64,000 nt of DNA, taken from the NCBI GenBank assembly GCA_002269645.1, contig NIVC01002177.1, positions 124,001-188,000 of the forward strand, given 5' to 3'. The position numbers and the translations under genes were made by a program. Below the pieces are notes generated by a model. It saw nothing but the letters and a program-made list of their open reading frames with translations. It ran no database searches and had not been told where the DNA came from. This document shows positions 63,101 to 64,000 of this stretch, piece after piece (positions within the stretch are counted from its first letter, which is position 1; the number at the start of each line of letters is the position of its first letter). The DNA is from Macrostomum lignano. Its lineage: Eukaryota.

Positions 63101-64000
63101 GAAATAAAAAAATTGAACTCAGTTTTGGCTTTATCTTTAATGCAATAAAAAGAAGAGATTATTATTATTTTGTTGAAGTTTCAAGGCAAAAGCTAAAAGT
63201 AATGAGTATTAATAGTAAGTCCAGGTTTCAACAATTTTTGGAGTAGTTTTTGAGCAATTTTTAGCAAATTTAAACAAAAATACTATAAATCCTTATTTGG
63301 CAATTAGAAATCAATCTAGAATCATAAATAGGTTTTTATGCAAGGATATTTCTTGTAAAATATGATTTGTTAATTACTCTATTAGTTAAGCATAGTCTTT
63401 AAGATTTTAATTTCTTTAAAAGTGTATTTTTTCATGGAATAACCCTCAATGATACCAATAATTATATCATGGCAGAATGTGCTAATGTCTCTAAAAAGTG
63501 GACACTGATGTCTATAAAAATCACATAAAGATATCTCATAAAAGTTTTCCAATATGTACTTGTACAAAAAGTGCTAGTTGAAATGACAATATTAGCAAAA
63601 TTATCAGTTAGCTGGGCTTTAACTTAGTCTAGTTTGTCTTATTGTGGTTATAATAATATTTTTATAGTTGAAAATTTAGGACAGTAAGTTACAACCTCTT
63701 TAGGCCTAGTCTTACCAGAGTAAATATCTTTGACACTGCTTGTAGCCACATTTTGCTTAATATAAATTAGTCATAAGTAATATGCATAAGAGGTTATTAG
63801 GCCAGTGTTTTTTGTTTTAACATCCATTACAATATATTCGTCACATTTATTAGTATTCTCTTAGTTAATTAAGCTACATGTATTAGGCTAATAAGGCTAA
63901 TATTAAGGCTATTTGACTAATAACTAATCAGTAATATTTAATAAAATGATTATGGCACTGAATAATATGATTTTAGAAGCAAGTCCTTGGCAGGGATTTG

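Overview
Animal nuclear DNA (spliceosomal GT/GC-AG introns, SINEs, MITEs). There is no sign of a prokaryotic system, CRISPR array, rRNA or true tRNA gene. High-GC3 exons, short introns and a heavy minisatellite load suggest an invertebrate such as a Macrostomum-like flatworm, but that is inference only. Hand-spliced gene models with consistent intron phases: (1) a 5-exon NDR/STK38 kinase, 469 aa, with a GC-AG first coding intron; (2) a 9-exon, 7-EC protocadherin, 1083 aa, ending in a PDZ-type ASFV; (3) a 5-exon acidic/basic/coiled-coil protein with a C-terminal GRIP-like domain and a one-base frameshift; (4) an orphan SLC16/MCT fragment; (5) an intronless secreted ependymin-related-like protein on the minus strand. 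About 8 kb is made of six large unrelated tandem arrays. There are also two tRNA-derived SINE families and a hAT MITE family with a polypurine core, several copies with readable target-site duplications (TSDs). The most unusual structure is a 1.9-kb TIR element with CATAG ends and a perfect 8-bp TSD (P-superfamily signature) in protocadherin intron 1. It carries a doubly truncated RTE-like reverse transcriptase fragment fused to a second coding-like piece, as in Pack-type capture. The last ~2 kb is abruptly AT-rich, TpA-rich and almost CpG-free. All family assignments are by eye, without database searches.
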